From Escherichia phage St11Ph5, in sequence record NC_070873.1: 64,000 nucleotides of DNA; one strand, 5' to 3'. The notes under the pieces were generated by a model. The model ran no database searches. It was not told the DNA's origin and saw nothing but the letters and a program-made list of their open reading frames with translations. Both the position numbers and the translations under genes were made by a program. How positions within the stretch are numbered: position 1 is the stretch's first letter; each line of letters begins with the position of its first letter. Below, in pieces: positions 47,996-59,779 of this stretch.

Positions 47996-49942
47996 TTATC
48001 GAGGTTGCATATAGGGAGGTAAACCCTCTGCTAATTTTCGATAACGTTTAGCTCGTTCTTCATCTTCACGACTACGCTCACGTTCTACTGAAGCATTAGA
48101 ACGGAAGTTCTGTGGAACCAGGTTTCCTTGGTCAGCTACCACAGTATTGACAGCAGCATCTAGTGCAGCTCGTGCTCTTGCTAACTCAGCCTCACGAGCA
48201 GGAATAGTAGCAGCAAGTCCACTTTGCCCAGCAGCTACACGACGACGGGTATCAGCAAGCAAGGCTTCTGCTTGTGTTACCTGGTTCTGAGCATTTTCAA
48301 TATTACCCTGTACCTGAGTAAGAACATTATCACGAGCAGTAGCTTCAATACCTTCCCCACGTCGTACCGAACGTGCTAGTTCTCTGGCAACGGTATCATC
48401 AATACGAATACCACCACCACCCTCATTGGAGATGAATGGATTAAGTGCATCAAGTGCTCGACTAATCATACCTTCCGGTACGTTGGTAGTAGACTGCTTA
48501 AGAATCTCAGCAGCTACAGCAGGAGACTGACCGGATTCCTGCATAACATCATTCAGTCGAGCTATCATCCATCCTTTCTCAGAACCTTTAAAAGCATCCT
48601 TAAGAAGACGGTCTGCTACTTCACCAATGGTAGAGTTGTCACGTAATGCACGAGCATAGTTAGCAGTAATAGTTCCAGTATTATCTTCAGACTGGCGAGC
48701 AGCAACTGTATTGCCTGCCATGTTTGAGACTACTTGCTGGGTCTGTAACTGTTCAAGAGGTGCACCTACTTCTGCCTGTGCAATTAACTGACGTGCTTCA
48801 CTCCATGGCATATCCTTATAACCACCAACACCCAAGTCAGGCAATGCAGCCCAAGTCTTGGAAAGGTTACCACTCTTACGGTCATTGAAGATTGCTTCAG
48901 CTATTTTGTCCTGTACTTCAGGAGTCATTTGCTGATTACGCCAATCTGAACCAAGCACCTTAGGTGCATAGTCTTCCAGAGTAGCTTTATTAATCTGAAA
49001 TGCTCCTACAGGGGAATGACCTTGTGACGGGTTATTAATCATAGTTTGTTGATGATTAGTAACCTCACCCAGTGTCATTTCAGTAATAGGCTTATCAGTA
49101 GCAGCAAAGGTATATGTTGCATCATAAGGAGAACCAGAACGAGTACCAGCAGTTCCCGGAGCAGGGCCAGAAGGAGACACAGCATAAGTACCCGGGAATC
49201 TCTGGTTCACACCTCGCATGATTGCAGCACGTACACCAGGAGAAGCATTCTGCATAGCAGACTCTGCCAGTGTAAGAGCATCCATAGGTGTAGAAGCACT
49301 ACGGAAAATGTCTGTCAATATACCGGATGCAGCTTGTGAATCAGCATCATTACGTTGAGCCACACCCAAATCAAAACGGTTCTGTGCTTGGTTAATAGCC
49401 TGACCACCTTGCCCTTGAAGACGACTCAGCATATCCAGTTGTTGATCAGCAGGGAGTGTAGACAGTGCCTCTCGGGTTTGTCCCAATGCAGAATTAATAC
49501 GGTTCTGGTCACCGGACTGATAAGCCTCAGACAGCAGTCGAATAGCTGGAGAAGCATTATCCAGTGCAGAGTTAACATCCTTTAAGCGACCAAAGTTATA
49601 AGCATTGAAGTCATTGATTCCCTGTTGACCTTGCTGAGTCAGAAGTGTACCTGCTCGCTCATCCAGATTCTGAAGGGTATGTTGGTTTACCAATGAAGGG
49701 TCAACCCCCTGAAACAGTGCACCAGATGCCAGAGCATTACGATACTCAGTAGGGTCTTGATACTGCATAGCATTCATCATGACGGCATTGCCAGCCTCCT
49801 GCTTGGCAGCGTTCTGGAAGTTACCCAGTGCATCACTTAAGCCGGAGGTGGCGCTACCAATCATGCTTCCAAATGTGCGAATGCTGTCACCAACTCCGGA
49901 GAAGTTAGGTGCATCAACATTACGCCATGTAATTTGAGCCAT
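47996..49942 (-). CDS. virion-associated protein (648 aa), possible cell-wall-acting domain
   Basis: Large late ORF beside vRNAP; GAFQINKATLEDYAP loosely resembles the lytic transglycosylase GLMQ region (weak). Confidence 0.55.
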   Translation of the reverse strand: MAQITWRNVDAPNFSGVGDSIRTFGSMIGSATSGLSDALGNFQNAAKQEAGNAVMMNAMQYQDPTEYRNALASGALFQGVDPSLVNQHTLQNLDERAGTLLTQQGQQGINDFNAYNFGRLKDVNSALDNASPAIRLLSEAYQSGDQNRINSALGQTREALSTLPADQQLDMLSRLQGQGGQAINQAQNRFDLGVAQRNDADSQAASGILTDIFRSASTPMDALTLAESAMQNASPGVRAAIMRGVNQRFPGTYAVSPSGPAPGTAGTRSGSPYDATYTFAATDKPITEMTLGEVTNHQQTMINNPSQGHSPVGAFQINKATLEDYAPKVLGSDWRNQQMTPEVQDKIAEAIFNDRKSGNLSKTWAALPDLGVGGYKDMPWSEARQLIAQAEVGAPLEQLQTQQVVSNMAGNTVAARQSEDNTGTITANYARALRDNSTIGEVADRLLKDAFKGSEKGWMIARLNDVMQESGQSPAVAAEILKQSTTNVPEGMISRALDALNPFISNEGGGGIRIDDTVARELARSVRRGEGIEATARDNVLTQVQGNIENAQNQVTQAEALLADTRRRVAAGQSGLAATIPAREAELARARAALDAAVNTVVADQGNLVPQNFRSNASVERERSREDEERAKRYRKLAEGLPPYMQPR

Positions 49943-49954
49943 GATGGTTTCCTA

Positions 49955-50398
49955 TTAACGAGTTAGCTTATTAGCTGCAATGTAAGCATCAGCTGAAGAC
50001 TGGTCACGGTTCTCTGCTGTAGCACGACTACGAGCACGGTCTTCTAGTGCAGTGTTATAAGACTTAATCTGGTTATTCAGGTTAGTGTTAGTAACACTCT
50101 TAGCAAAGTTCAACTGGTCTTTGGCTAACTTATTAGCCTGGAAACCACTGTAGATATTAGCTAATGAACCAAGTGCACCAAGCCCTAACTGAAAGGTAGG
50201 TACGTTCATGCCCAACTGATTAGCTGAACCAGACATGAGCGAAGTAGGGGTAGATGCACCCAAATTAGTACCCATACCAATAGCTGCACCTGGGTTATAG
50301 TTCATAGCCGAGGTATTAAAGTTCTGATTGTTATTAGACATCCAAGACATAGCAGCTGGCTGTGGGGTTTGGTTGCCTGTTAAGAATGACAAATCCAT
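49955..50398 (-). CDS. hypothetical virion protein (147 aa)
   Basis: Late-module ORF, Asn/Ser/Gly-rich. Confidence 0.5.
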   Translation of the reverse strand: MDLSFLTGNQTPQPAAMSWMSNNNQNFNTSAMNYNPGAAIGMGTNLGASTPTSLMSGSANQLGMNVPTFQLGLGALGSLANIYSGFQANKLAKDQLNFAKSVTNTNLNNQIKSYNTALEDRARSRATAENRDQSSADAYIAANKLTR

Positions 50399-50411
50399 GG
50401 GGATTCTCCTG

Positions 50412-53066
50412 TTAAACTAGGTCAGTATTAAGGGTCATGTCAGAGTAGTTGCCAATCATGTCTAGAGACAAGTCAGCTATATCTGAACCAGTCATAAGAG
50501 TACGTGATAAGAATGAATCCAGTGACTCCATTGACACGAATTGCATTGGGTCAATTACACCCTGCCCAGCAGTACCAAACATTTCTTCATACTGCTTATT
50601 GATTGCCATCATATCAGTATTGTACTGCTGCATTACTTTCTCTGCTTTCTGAATAGTAGCAGCCGTAGATGCATTAATATACTGACTAATACCATTACCT
50701 ACCGAACTGGTAAGCTGCATGATGTTTTGGGCATTCATCATCTCACCTGCTAGGGTGGATAAGGATGTACCAGTAGACAAAGCAGTACCAACATTCATAG
50801 CTACCAATGAAGCAATAGCAGCAATGATAAAACCTAGCTTATCTCCGAACAGTGCAGTGGATACTTTTGTAGTAATGGATATCAGAATCATTGCAGCAAT
50901 AGCATTTGCTACAGCACCAACTATTACAGCAGCTAATCCAACAAAACCAAGAGAAGCACCAACTGCACCATATGCTCCAAGTATACCTGCACCACCAGCA
51001 CCCATAGTGAATACGGATACAACGACAGCAACTACAACAACCACAATCTTAAAAGCAGATGTTTGGTACCACTTCTGCTTAACCTTCTTATATGAGTTCA
51101 TCACTAAGTAGGAACAGGCAGTGGATAACTGAGTACTTCGAACCAGTGACATTGAACGGTAGATGTTAGTATGTAGTGGAATAATGAATCCACTCTCCTC
51201 TGCATCACCCATTGCTTCGGCAACATCAATGTGCACTGACTTATTCTTATATACCCTGTTATTGTGGTTTAGACCCAGTACCCTGAGTTTACGGTAAGTG
51301 TTATTACCATCCTGCCAAAGCAACTCATACTCCTGCATCGAATAGAATGTATATGTTACTTCAAGTTTCTTAGCAGAACCGGAGTTAGAAGCTGTCCTTA
51401 TGTTCTTGCGAGTAAGAGTTATATCTCCTGCATACCTGGCTCGAAGTTGTCCTTGCTTAGCACCAGACCATGCTTGTCCTGAGTGAGTAGTTTCGGATAC
51501 ATAGTTCCAGCCAATAGTCATGTCATATTTGTAATGCTTATTACTATGTACCCTAAACTCTCGCTTAGGTATGACTGGATATTCTGGAAGTGGCGGGGGA
51601 GTTCCAATAGTATGCCCCTCAGTTCTGTTCCACCATTCTACATATACATCAACTGCATCATTAGCTGCCTGATACCCTGCAATCACTGCCTCCAAAGTTG
51701 GGTAGGTTGGGTCAGGAGGGAATGCTTCAGTAGCCATCTGAAAGAAGCGATAGATGTATTCCTTGGCAGTATCTTCAGGAGTATTAAGAGATACACCGAA
51801 TGTTCCATAAATGTACTGAATATCACCTATATCATCATTCTTCTTAAGCTCTGTCACTACCTTATCAATTTTCCCACCAGTAGCTTTATAAAGGGCTTTC
51901 TTACAGTGTGGGTAGATTGGGTCATTCTCTACCCATTGTTTATCATTCCTGATTGGAATGAATGGATAGAACCGGTTATCAGTAGCCTCAGTTTCAAACA
52001 GTGAATCTAGTGCAACGTTACCAGAGTTCTGCTTATAGATAAGCATCTTAGGCGTACCAACAGCAGTCATCTCAGTATCAGTACGAGTAGTCTGAGATGA
52101 GTACTTACGAACCAGTGTCTCTGTGGTTGTAGTAATTGTATCGGTACGAGTAACACCACCACCTATATCAACTACATTGGTAGTCACAACAGTACTGGAC
52201 TGAATCTCACCAAACTTTTTATGAGTCATTACTCTGTCAGATACAACTACAGTCACATCATCAGGTTTCTCAGTGAATCCTCTACGGTAAACCTTAACGT
52301 AAGAGTTCCAGTTATCCACACTTGGCTCAGTGACAGTACTATCTTCATCTGGTCTGCCATCAGAGTAAACAGAATGAGTATGTATAGTCTTAATAAGGTT
52401 GGTTGTATTAGCCGTCGTATCGCTTGAAATGGTAGTCCATAACAAAGTGGAGGGTAAGTCATCCTCATCATCATAGACAGTAGTCGGTCCTACTACAGGT
52501 GGATTAATAGAAGGGGATTTGTAAAAAGAGTAATCAGCATAGAGATACAAAGCACCTGGTTCAAAGTTAGTAGGTGTGAATTTAATAGTAGAACCTCCAT
52601 CCAAGGAGGTCATAGTAATTTCATTGATATCTTCATCAATGTCGATGTCGAATCGTTCCATGATTCGACTTGGAGCATTCTCATAAAGATACTGGTCACA
52701 CCATTGTTCAAAGTCAGCAAAGCCAATCTCTGCTGCCTGAACGTAGACAGACTCTCCAGCAGGTGGTGTAATTTGACCCTCTATAACAGTAGGGTCAATC
52801 TTAGCCAGTACACCTAATGAAGAACCAGCCATGCCAACTTCTGAATCATAGTGATTCTTACTCCAGCTGGAGAACAGTCGCATACGAATACCCGGCCCAT
52901 TCAGATAACTATCAGAGATAGTGTCTGCCATAGTGAATCCTGTATTTGAAACGATATTGCCTATGACTACAGTCTTCATATAGTTAGGGCGTTTATGTAT
53001 ATCCCCTGCCATGTTATAGACAGAGGATGCTACGTATACTTTGGTCTTCCCACTGAATAAGCCCAT
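50412..53066 (-). CDS. virion internal/ejection-type protein with C-terminal multi-helix hydrophobic region (884 aa)
   Basis: About 130 aa of consecutive Gly/Ala/Val-rich hydrophobic helices near the C-terminus. Confidence 0.55.
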   Translation of the reverse strand: MGLFSGKTKVYVASSVYNMAGDIHKRPNYMKTVVIGNIVSNTGFTMADTISDSYLNGPGIRMRLFSSWSKNHYDSEVGMAGSSLGVLAKIDPTVIEGQITPPAGESVYVQAAEIGFADFEQWCDQYLYENAPSRIMERFDIDIDEDINEITMTSLDGGSTIKFTPTNFEPGALYLYADYSFYKSPSINPPVVGPTTVYDDEDDLPSTLLWTTISSDTTANTTNLIKTIHTHSVYSDGRPDEDSTVTEPSVDNWNSYVKVYRRGFTEKPDDVTVVVSDRVMTHKKFGEIQSSTVVTTNVVDIGGGVTRTDTITTTTETLVRKYSSQTTRTDTEMTAVGTPKMLIYKQNSGNVALDSLFETEATDNRFYPFIPIRNDKQWVENDPIYPHCKKALYKATGGKIDKVVTELKKNDDIGDIQYIYGTFGVSLNTPEDTAKEYIYRFFQMATEAFPPDPTYPTLEAVIAGYQAANDAVDVYVEWWNRTEGHTIGTPPPLPEYPVIPKREFRVHSNKHYKYDMTIGWNYVSETTHSGQAWSGAKQGQLRARYAGDITLTRKNIRTASNSGSAKKLEVTYTFYSMQEYELLWQDGNNTYRKLRVLGLNHNNRVYKNKSVHIDVAEAMGDAEESGFIIPLHTNIYRSMSLVRSTQLSTACSYLVMNSYKKVKQKWYQTSAFKIVVVVVAVVVSVFTMGAGGAGILGAYGAVGASLGFVGLAAVIVGAVANAIAAMILISITTKVSTALFGDKLGFIIAAIASLVAMNVGTALSTGTSLSTLAGEMMNAQNIMQLTSSVGNGISQYINASTAATIQKAEKVMQQYNTDMMAINKQYEEMFGTAGQGVIDPMQFVSMESLDSFLSRTLMTGSDIADLSLDMIGNYSDMTLNTDLV

Positions 53067-53067
53067 A

Positions 53068-53910
53068 TTAGTTCAGCCCGTTGTTAGACTTCAGCTTGGT
53101 CAGAATGGTATCAATACTTGCGTTAGTGAAGCCATTCGGTGGGTTCAAGCCTTCGTCAATAGTCTTCTGAGTAATCCATGCATCAGTAAACAACTTAGAT
53201 GCTTTAACCTCTGCATCACGTTGGTAAGAAGTAATCTGTTGAGAGTACAACTCTTTCTGTTTACCTACAGAACCCTTAACTACTGCACCATCAGTACGAG
53301 TGTCCAGCGTCTGTGCACGTTGTGCTTCTGTCTGCTCAGTAAGCAATTTAAGCTGTTGGGGTAACATCTGACTAGCATTAAACAATGCAGCACAGTATGT
53401 CTCAGACTCAGTAGCAATCTTTAACTTAGTAAGTGCATATTCACTCTTAGCAGACAATGCCTGAATCTTAGCTAGTACATACTGAGCTTTAGAGGTAGCC
53501 AATGTGACACGAGCAGTAACTGCTTGAATCTGTGCCAGTGCAGCAGCCCAGTATGCCTGGTCACGACCAAGTAAGAACTGAACAGCATTACTCATGCAAG
53601 ATTCCATCATAGCAATGTATGCTTTGGTATATTCACCACCTGTAATGCGGTTAGCCTTAAACTCAGCTTTAAGGTGATTGTGAGCAGATTCCATTAATGC
53701 ATCAAACGTACCACTACCACCTACTTCACGGGTAGTAAGGGATTCATTGGTTATTTTGGTAATGGCTCCAAAGATTGGAGAATCATCCCCACCTGGGATA
53801 TCCCATTCGGGACCGGACATATCAATATCAGGGAGGGTAAAGTCATCACCCTTAGTCAACTCTTCAAGGAGTCGGTTAGCTTCTACCTCAGCAGAACAAG
53901 ACATAATCAT
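53068..53910 (-). CDS. virion structural protein (280 aa)
   Basis: Late-module ORF with coiled-coil-like Ala/Gln-rich segment. Confidence 0.5.
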   Translation of the reverse strand: MIMSCSAEVEANRLLEELTKGDDFTLPDIDMSGPEWDIPGGDDSPIFGAITKITNESLTTREVGGSGTFDALMESAHNHLKAEFKANRITGGEYTKAYIAMMESCMSNAVQFLLGRDQAYWAAALAQIQAVTARVTLATSKAQYVLAKIQALSAKSEYALTKLKIATESETYCAALFNASQMLPQQLKLLTEQTEAQRAQTLDTRTDGAVVKGSVGKQKELYSQQITSYQRDAEVKASKLFTDAWITQKTIDEGLNPPNGFTNASIDTILTKLKSNNGLN

Positions 53911-53980
53911 TCCTCTTGGTTCAAAAAGAAACGGCCCACGGAGTTACCCCAGTGAGCCGTGTTGAACTGTAGCTTATACG

Positions 53981-54622
53981 TTAATCGTTAAGGCTACCAG
54001 CAGCAATCTGTGCTTGAGCCAGCTGAGCCAGTTCAGCTTCAGTCAACGGAGGCAGTACTTCAATGGAGAACTCACGTGCTTCTGTTGCACGGATGTCCGG
54101 TAAGCCATTCTTACCTTTACGAGTCGTAATGTTGATAAACTTACGCTCTTTAAGGAACTCGTAGATACAATACGGAATATGATAACCATTGTCGGTTACT
54201 TCACCGAACGGAACAAACTTACGTACAGTACCCATATATTCGTTAGCTACGGTGATAATCTCACCCGGCAGGTCTTTCTTCTTAGGATCGAGGTTCTGGA
54301 TACGTACACGAATCAGTCGAGTCTGCTCTGCACGAATCTTCTGACCCAGGGTCATCTTCTTAACACCAGCTTCCTGTTTTTCACCAAGGGGGTTAACAGC
54401 AGCTTCCTCTACTACTGGTTCATCTTTTACTTGTGCAGCTTCAATCTTCTCACGAAGCTTCTCAACGGAAATGTTGTTAGAGAACTTAATATTCATCAAC
54501 GTTGCACGTTGCTTAAGAACTTCAAGTTCGCTAGGCATTGCAATATCGTTAACGGTATCTTCGTTGCCCTGTACGTTTACTTCTACGTCAGTGGTCGGTT
54601 TATCGTTAATGCTCATGTTCAT
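53981..54622 (-). CDS. hypothetical structural protein (213 aa)
   Basis: ORF immediately downstream of the capsid gene. Confidence 0.5.
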   Translation of the reverse strand: MNMSINDKPTTDVEVNVQGNEDTVNDIAMPSELEVLKQRATLMNIKFSNNISVEKLREKIEAAQVKDEPVVEEAAVNPLGEKQEAGVKKMTLGQKIRAEQTRLIRVRIQNLDPKKKDLPGEIITVANEYMGTVRKFVPFGEVTDNGYHIPYCIYEFLKERKFINITTRKGKNGLPDIRATEAREFSIEVLPPLTEAELAQLAQAQIAAGSLND

Positions 54623-54652
54623 ATTTCCTGCGGTTCATTTAGTTTTATTAAG

Positions 54653-54683
54653 AGGGGGACATAAGTCCCCCTTGTTTTATTTC
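54653..54683. terminator. GC-rich hairpin directly downstream of the major capsid gene
   Basis: AGGGGGAC-ATAA-GTCCCCCT; T-run strong on plus, weak on minus. Confidence 0.45.
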
Positions 54684-54689
54684 GGACTA

Positions 54690-55892
54690 TTACAGAGGAG
54701 CAACAGTCTTAATCAGAGCCAGACGTTCTGGGCGTTTAACCAGGATACCATAGTACCACTTGATAGAACTGAAGCCAGTTTCACCATACGGGTCATTACG
54801 GTCAGCAGTTTCTTTACCAGGCATCTTAGTCATGATGGTGAACTTAACAGACTTACCATCAGTCTGGAAGCCAATGGTAGAGAAGGAATCATCACCAACT
54901 ACCAGCATCGGGAACACGTCGTAGTGCTCCTGACCAGATACCATAGAGCTACGATAACCTGGGTTATTGCTAACCTGTGCACCAGCACCTGCCCAATGCA
55001 GCATCTCAGGAACCTGGATAATACGGAACTTATCAATACAACCGATTTCACCATTCATCAGTGTACCAGCATCAGCATAGTGCTGAACTTCGATGAATGC
55101 TTTATTACCAAACAGGTCTTTCATCGCTTTCAGTTCTGGAACTAGTTCAGAACCAACGTACATCACACGAGTACCACCAAGTACTTTGGTATCTGTCAGT
55201 TTAGAACCAGTGATGATAGTAGTCTGGGTCGGGGTACGGTTCTCAGTAAGAATCTGGTCAAGACGCATCAGGTTCTTATAAGAAACTACAGACGGAGTAG
55301 CACCTTCACCAGTGATGGTAGCATCAGAGACAGCAGCACCTGCATACAGTACAGTACCGGCAGCAGCCAGCAGGTCTTTCTGGAGAACAGCTTCAGTCAA
55401 CTGTACAGCACCATTCATCAGTTCACGAGACAGGTGTTCTTTCAGTTGGTCATCAGAATCAAAGTCCAGAGACTCTTGAGTAAATTCGTAGAAGAAACCG
55501 AACTTATGAATAGAGCCTTCACGAGCCAGACGAGTAAAGCCTACACGGTTAACACGACCACCGTTCTCTGACAGCAGAGGCAGTTTAGAAGTGATGTTAC
55601 CAACGTCTTTGGAAGAACCATACAGGTTACCGTTAACGATGGTAGCACCATTAGCATCAATACCCTGGTCGTTAATGTTCTTATCGTCGAGCAGAGGAAC
55701 GTACTCATACACCTTAACAGTCTTACCGTAGTTCTTCGGCATGTTAACGGTGTTAGCCAGAGGCATAAAATACTGATCTTTACGGGACTGAATAATAGCT
55801 TTCTTCAGCCAGTAATAGGTATTCATCTGGTCGGAACCAGCACCATCAATGCTAGATTTCTGACCGTCAATTGGAGCGTTATAGTTTAACAT
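54690..55892 (-). CDS. major capsid protein (N4 gp56-like size/position; 400 aa)
   Basis: 400-aa late ORF between scaffold-like and downstream structural genes; hairpin immediately after. Confidence 0.6.
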   Translation of the reverse strand: MLNYNAPIDGQKSSIDGAGSDQMNTYYWLKKAIIQSRKDQYFMPLANTVNMPKNYGKTVKVYEYVPLLDDKNINDQGIDANGATIVNGNLYGSSKDVGNITSKLPLLSENGGRVNRVGFTRLAREGSIHKFGFFYEFTQESLDFDSDDQLKEHLSRELMNGAVQLTEAVLQKDLLAAAGTVLYAGAAVSDATITGEGATPSVVSYKNLMRLDQILTENRTPTQTTIITGSKLTDTKVLGGTRVMYVGSELVPELKAMKDLFGNKAFIEVQHYADAGTLMNGEIGCIDKFRIIQVPEMLHWAGAGAQVSNNPGYRSSMVSGQEHYDVFPMLVVGDDSFSTIGFQTDGKSVKFTIMTKMPGKETADRNDPYGETGFSSIKWYYGILVKRPERLALIKTVAPL

Positions 55893-55908
55893 ATCATCTC
55901 ATTCCTGT

Positions 55909-57129
55909 TTAAAGACTACCCGGTACTGGGAGTTTAGCGAAATCTTCATCACTCATAGCGAGTGGGTTTACAATAGGTGTTGCTTTACGTGTAGCAGCCC
56001 GATTAAGGGAAGCTGCTTTAGCTTGCTCGTTGTTAGCCAGAGTTTGCTTAGGTTGTGCTACACGCACTACCGGCTGAACTGCTGGTTTAACTGCTTGTAC
56101 CGGTTCAGGCTTAGCCACTTGGTTAAATGCTCCTTGTTGTGCAAGGAGGTTACCAACGTAGTTATAAGCCTGAATGAACGGAGTACCTACCGGAATCTGA
56201 CCTAACACCTGAAGACGATTCACTTCATTAGCAATGGTGTCATAAATACCATTCTCACGTTGTTCGTGAATAGTGTGGAGTAGACCACGATTCTGATAAA
56301 GAGCATCTTTACTGGCAGCATCCCATGTCGAGCTAATAACACCTAATGTAGCTTGTCCTTCTTGAGTAGACTTTAAGTCGTCAATTTCGGTTGCAAAATC
56401 TGCTTCGGTGTCTGTAACACGGTGTTTGCCACCCTGGTAGTTAATTTCCTCTTCTGGATTAAAGTCCAGAGGATCTGTACCAGAGTCCTTCAACAACTTT
56501 TTAATGGCTTCAGGATTCTTCTTATCCAGGTCAATCAGGAAAGAAAGTTTTTCCTCATCCATTAAACCGTTGTTTTGTAGCATCAGCATTACCTTACGGT
56601 ACGGCTGAAGTTCTTGCATCTTACGAGTATAGTTAGCACCCATCTGCATCAGGCTAATGGCCTCCTCCGGTGAACGGGGAGTAATCATTTTGCCGTTAGC
56701 TTTAAAAGGAGCCATCAACTTCTCATAACCTTCCTTATAGTTGAAGTCAGCAGGCAGACCTTCAGACTGTTTGCCTTCTTCTTTCTGTTCCTGGCCTGGT
56801 TCAGCAGTAGAAGGTTCAGCTTTAGTAATCGGCTTACCGTTACTATCAACTTCTGTGTCAACAACTTTATCATCAACTTTATCAGAAGTTAAAGAATTTG
56901 CTGAATCATCTTCATCTGGGTCAGGTTCAGTGGAGGTTTCTTCGGTTGGTAGGTCTTCAACAGCAGGGGTGTCAACTTCTTCATCAGGAGTCTGTACGCC
57001 GTTGGTTTCTGGGTTGTTCTGAGTGGAAGTGTCTTCCTCAGTGATAATAGCTGGGGCTTCCATATTCAGAATCTCATCATCCGACATTGCGAGAATGTCG
57101 GAAGCTGTGGTTGCAGCTTCCGTAGTCAT
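55909..57129 (-). CDS. scaffolding-like protein (acidic, 406 aa)
   Basis: Acidic low-complexity N-terminus (D/E/T/P-rich); lies between the portal and capsid genes. Confidence 0.45.
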   Translation of the reverse strand: MTTEAATTASDILAMSDDEILNMEAPAIITEEDTSTQNNPETNGVQTPDEEVDTPAVEDLPTEETSTEPDPDEDDSANSLTSDKVDDKVVDTEVDSNGKPITKAEPSTAEPGQEQKEEGKQSEGLPADFNYKEGYEKLMAPFKANGKMITPRSPEEAISLMQMGANYTRKMQELQPYRKVMLMLQNNGLMDEEKLSFLIDLDKKNPEAIKKLLKDSGTDPLDFNPEEEINYQGGKHRVTDTEADFATEIDDLKSTQEGQATLGVISSTWDAASKDALYQNRGLLHTIHEQRENGIYDTIANEVNRLQVLGQIPVGTPFIQAYNYVGNLLAQQGAFNQVAKPEPVQAVKPAVQPVVRVAQPKQTLANNEQAKAASLNRAATRKATPIVNPLAMSDEDFAKLPVPGSL

Positions 57130-57148
57130 AGGAAATATCTCCGGTTAA

Positions 57149-57493
57149 TTATTCGTCTTCAGGTTCAGCACGAACTGCATCGAGTTCTTCTTCTACCTGA
57201 AGAATAACGTCAGCTTCGTTTTCGCCCATACGAATGGCAAGGTCGAGCCAACGACGTAAGTGACCAGCAGCTTGAGCCATGTTCAATGCATCTGCACGGT
57301 TATTAGGTTCAAGCAGTGGGTCACCAGACTCCTGCACGTAACGTGCACAATCTTCCACACAGAACTGGCGAAGGATTACTTTACGGAACAGTGGATTCTC
57401 CAGAAGTTTACGTACATCTTCTGCATGTGCAACTGCACCTTTAGCAGCTTCCAGTCGATGTTCCAGTCCTGCGATTGTTGATTCTTTACTCAT
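57149..57493 (-). CDS. hypothetical protein (114 aa)
   Basis: ORF between the portal and scaffold-like genes. Confidence 0.5.
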   Translation of the reverse strand: MSKESTIAGLEHRLEAAKGAVAHAEDVRKLLENPLFRKVILRQFCVEDCARYVQESGDPLLEPNNRADALNMAQAAGHLRRWLDLAIRMGENEADVILQVEEELDAVRAEPEDE

Positions 57494-57506
57494 GTGAAGG
57501 TCTGCC

Positions 57507-59777
57507 TTATAAGTTCATACCAAGAGCCGATGCTGGGTCTTGGCTAGGGTCATAAAACTGGGAACTAAGTGAATAAGTCGGGTCTTGCTGTGCAGCTAAG
57601 TCACGTTCCTGTAAAGAGTTCCCGTTAGTCAAAGTGTTATATCCGACAGCAGCAGATATATTGGGGGTAGTTTCACCTTCTTTAGTAGGTGTTGTCAACG
57701 CCTTAGTTATTTGAAGGTTCTGGTTTCCTTGAGACTGTGCTTTTTGTTTCTCCATATCACGAGCATGTTTAGTACCAGATTCCTGTTCCAGATAATCCAG
57801 GTCTTTAAGATCACCACTAGAAATAGCTTCTTTAGCTTTAGCATTATTGAGTGCAATCTTACTTTTCAACTCTTCATTCTCAAGCTGTGCTTTCTGAATT
57901 GCCAATTGCTTAAGCTGTTCTTCCATAGGGTCTGGCTGTGGTTTCCATGTACGTAATTCATGAGCAAGGTCCGGCATACGTTTAAGTTCTGCAATCTTAG
58001 CTACAAGAGATAACGTAATAGTCTGGTCAACTGTATTACCTAATGTTTGAACCATGAAGCTTAAATCCTGAGACTTCTGGTTATCAATTTCAGCAGTATT
58101 AATATCAACCTCAATATCGAAGTTACCTTTAAGGTCTTCACGATTAATTTCTACATACTGCTCATTAGTAATACGTACCACTTCCTTCTCAGATAAGAAC
58201 ACAGCATTCATTGCACAAATCTTAGTACCAATGTCTGCCATACCCTTAGCTAATCGACGAAGGATTGCCATCTCACGTTTGGATGCTGCATCAAGTGCAC
58301 CACGAATACCAGCAGCCACATCTCCATACGCTGCACCAGTTACGCCACCAGAAAATGCTTTAACACCTGTTAGTGCTTCTGCTTCCTGATTCTGCATCTG
58401 AGTCATTACTATTGCCGACTGAGGTAGTTCCGGGAACTTATGCTCCATAATGGCCTGACTAGGGTTACCCTGCATTGGGTTGTATTCATAGTCTTGCCCG
58501 TCATCATATCGACGACGGTTCAGGGTATCTAACATCCCCTTGGGGTAACCACGCTGTCCATTTGCACTTCGACCTAACAGGTCAATCATCCCACGCATAG
58601 TTGCACCAAGAATTGCTTGGTTATCTCCTAACAGTTCAGCATCAGCCTCACCATAGAGTTCACGTTTACGAGGCATATAGGGAACAACTACCAAGGGCAA
58701 CTTACCATCCGGGAATGGGTTCTTCTCCATACGAATAAGAGTAGAGCCAATCCAGGTAGCGACAATTGGTTCCAGTGAACCATCATCGTTGATGTCATAG
58801 AATCCCCAGTATTCATAAGCGACTACTTTCTTACGAAGTGCATCCTTAAACTGGAAGTCACCAGGAGTTTTACTTTCATGGTCTGGGTCAGTCATAGGAC
58901 TGGAACTTTCCCAGTCAATCTTATCCAGGTTATGGTAACGGTCTTTGTTCTTCATAAGGTCTGCTTTGCACGTCTCAAATGAGATAACTGCATAAAGAGC
59001 CTTATCCAAATCACCATTACAGCTTGGGTCAATAACTACGTTATTTGGGTTAAGCATTTCAACAGTAGGTCTGTTAACCAGTGCTTTCTCTACTTCTACA
59101 TCAGTAACACCAGTCTGAATTGCATAGGTAGCTTCTCCAGTTTCATTGAAGTAGTTAACAGCTTCCTTGATATCTTCCGGCATTGTTTCATCATACTCAC
59201 GGGGATTCTCTGCCTGAAGCTGTAGAGCCTGCTGAAGAATATCTGCTTGTTCCTGGTTCTCAATTGGATACAACTGGAAGACTGGAGTTTCTGTTTTAAT
59301 CTTAACAGTCTTACGTTCCCAACCGATACGAGCAATACCAGTACCATCATCTACGACACTGTGTACGTAATCATCCACCAATTTTACTTTATTAAGCTGG
59401 GTACGGAATTGGTAGTTAAGAACTAGCTCATTCTGACGTGCAGCTAACTCATCTTCAAAAGTTACAGGGGTTACCTTAAAGAGTTTATTGGATGAGAGGA
59501 ATGGTTCAGACAATGGTGCATAACGCCATTCTGCCTGACGGCGAACCAGTCTAGGTTGGACTTGTGAACGACCTTTAACCTTTGGGGGTTTAGCCTTACC
59601 CTTAACTTCCATCAGGTCATTCCACTCACGAATCTGTGCCATGATTGCATCGTGGGCAGGTTTAGCTGATTCCAAATCGCCTTTCAGTAATTGGATACTT
59701 GGTTCCTTCTTCCAGTCCGTTAACTTCTCTGATTGAGCCGGGTCTGGTAAAGGCTTAAAAGTGTCTTGGTGTTCCAT
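57507..59777 (-). CDS. portal protein (N4 gp59-like size/position; 756 aa)
   Basis: About 750-aa ORF upstream of the scaffold/capsid genes on the late strand. Confidence 0.6.
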   Translation of the reverse strand: MEHQDTFKPLPDPAQSEKLTDWKKEPSIQLLKGDLESAKPAHDAIMAQIREWNDLMEVKGKAKPPKVKGRSQVQPRLVRRQAEWRYAPLSEPFLSSNKLFKVTPVTFEDELAARQNELVLNYQFRTQLNKVKLVDDYVHSVVDDGTGIARIGWERKTVKIKTETPVFQLYPIENQEQADILQQALQLQAENPREYDETMPEDIKEAVNYFNETGEATYAIQTGVTDVEVEKALVNRPTVEMLNPNNVVIDPSCNGDLDKALYAVISFETCKADLMKNKDRYHNLDKIDWESSSPMTDPDHESKTPGDFQFKDALRKKVVAYEYWGFYDINDDGSLEPIVATWIGSTLIRMEKNPFPDGKLPLVVVPYMPRKRELYGEADAELLGDNQAILGATMRGMIDLLGRSANGQRGYPKGMLDTLNRRRYDDGQDYEYNPMQGNPSQAIMEHKFPELPQSAIVMTQMQNQEAEALTGVKAFSGGVTGAAYGDVAAGIRGALDAASKREMAILRRLAKGMADIGTKICAMNAVFLSEKEVVRITNEQYVEINREDLKGNFDIEVDINTAEIDNQKSQDLSFMVQTLGNTVDQTITLSLVAKIAELKRMPDLAHELRTWKPQPDPMEEQLKQLAIQKAQLENEELKSKIALNNAKAKEAISSGDLKDLDYLEQESGTKHARDMEKQKAQSQGNQNLQITKALTTPTKEGETTPNISAAVGYNTLTNGNSLQERDLAAQQDPTYSLSSQFYDPSQDPASALGMNL

Positions 59778-59779
59778 AG

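Noticed and set aside
50412-53066. 884-aa protein as a tape-measure protein
   Set aside because: The genome architecture is podovirus-like (N4-type, giant vRNAP, no tail-tube/sheath module), so a tape measure is not expected; internal/ejection protein is the more consistent reading.
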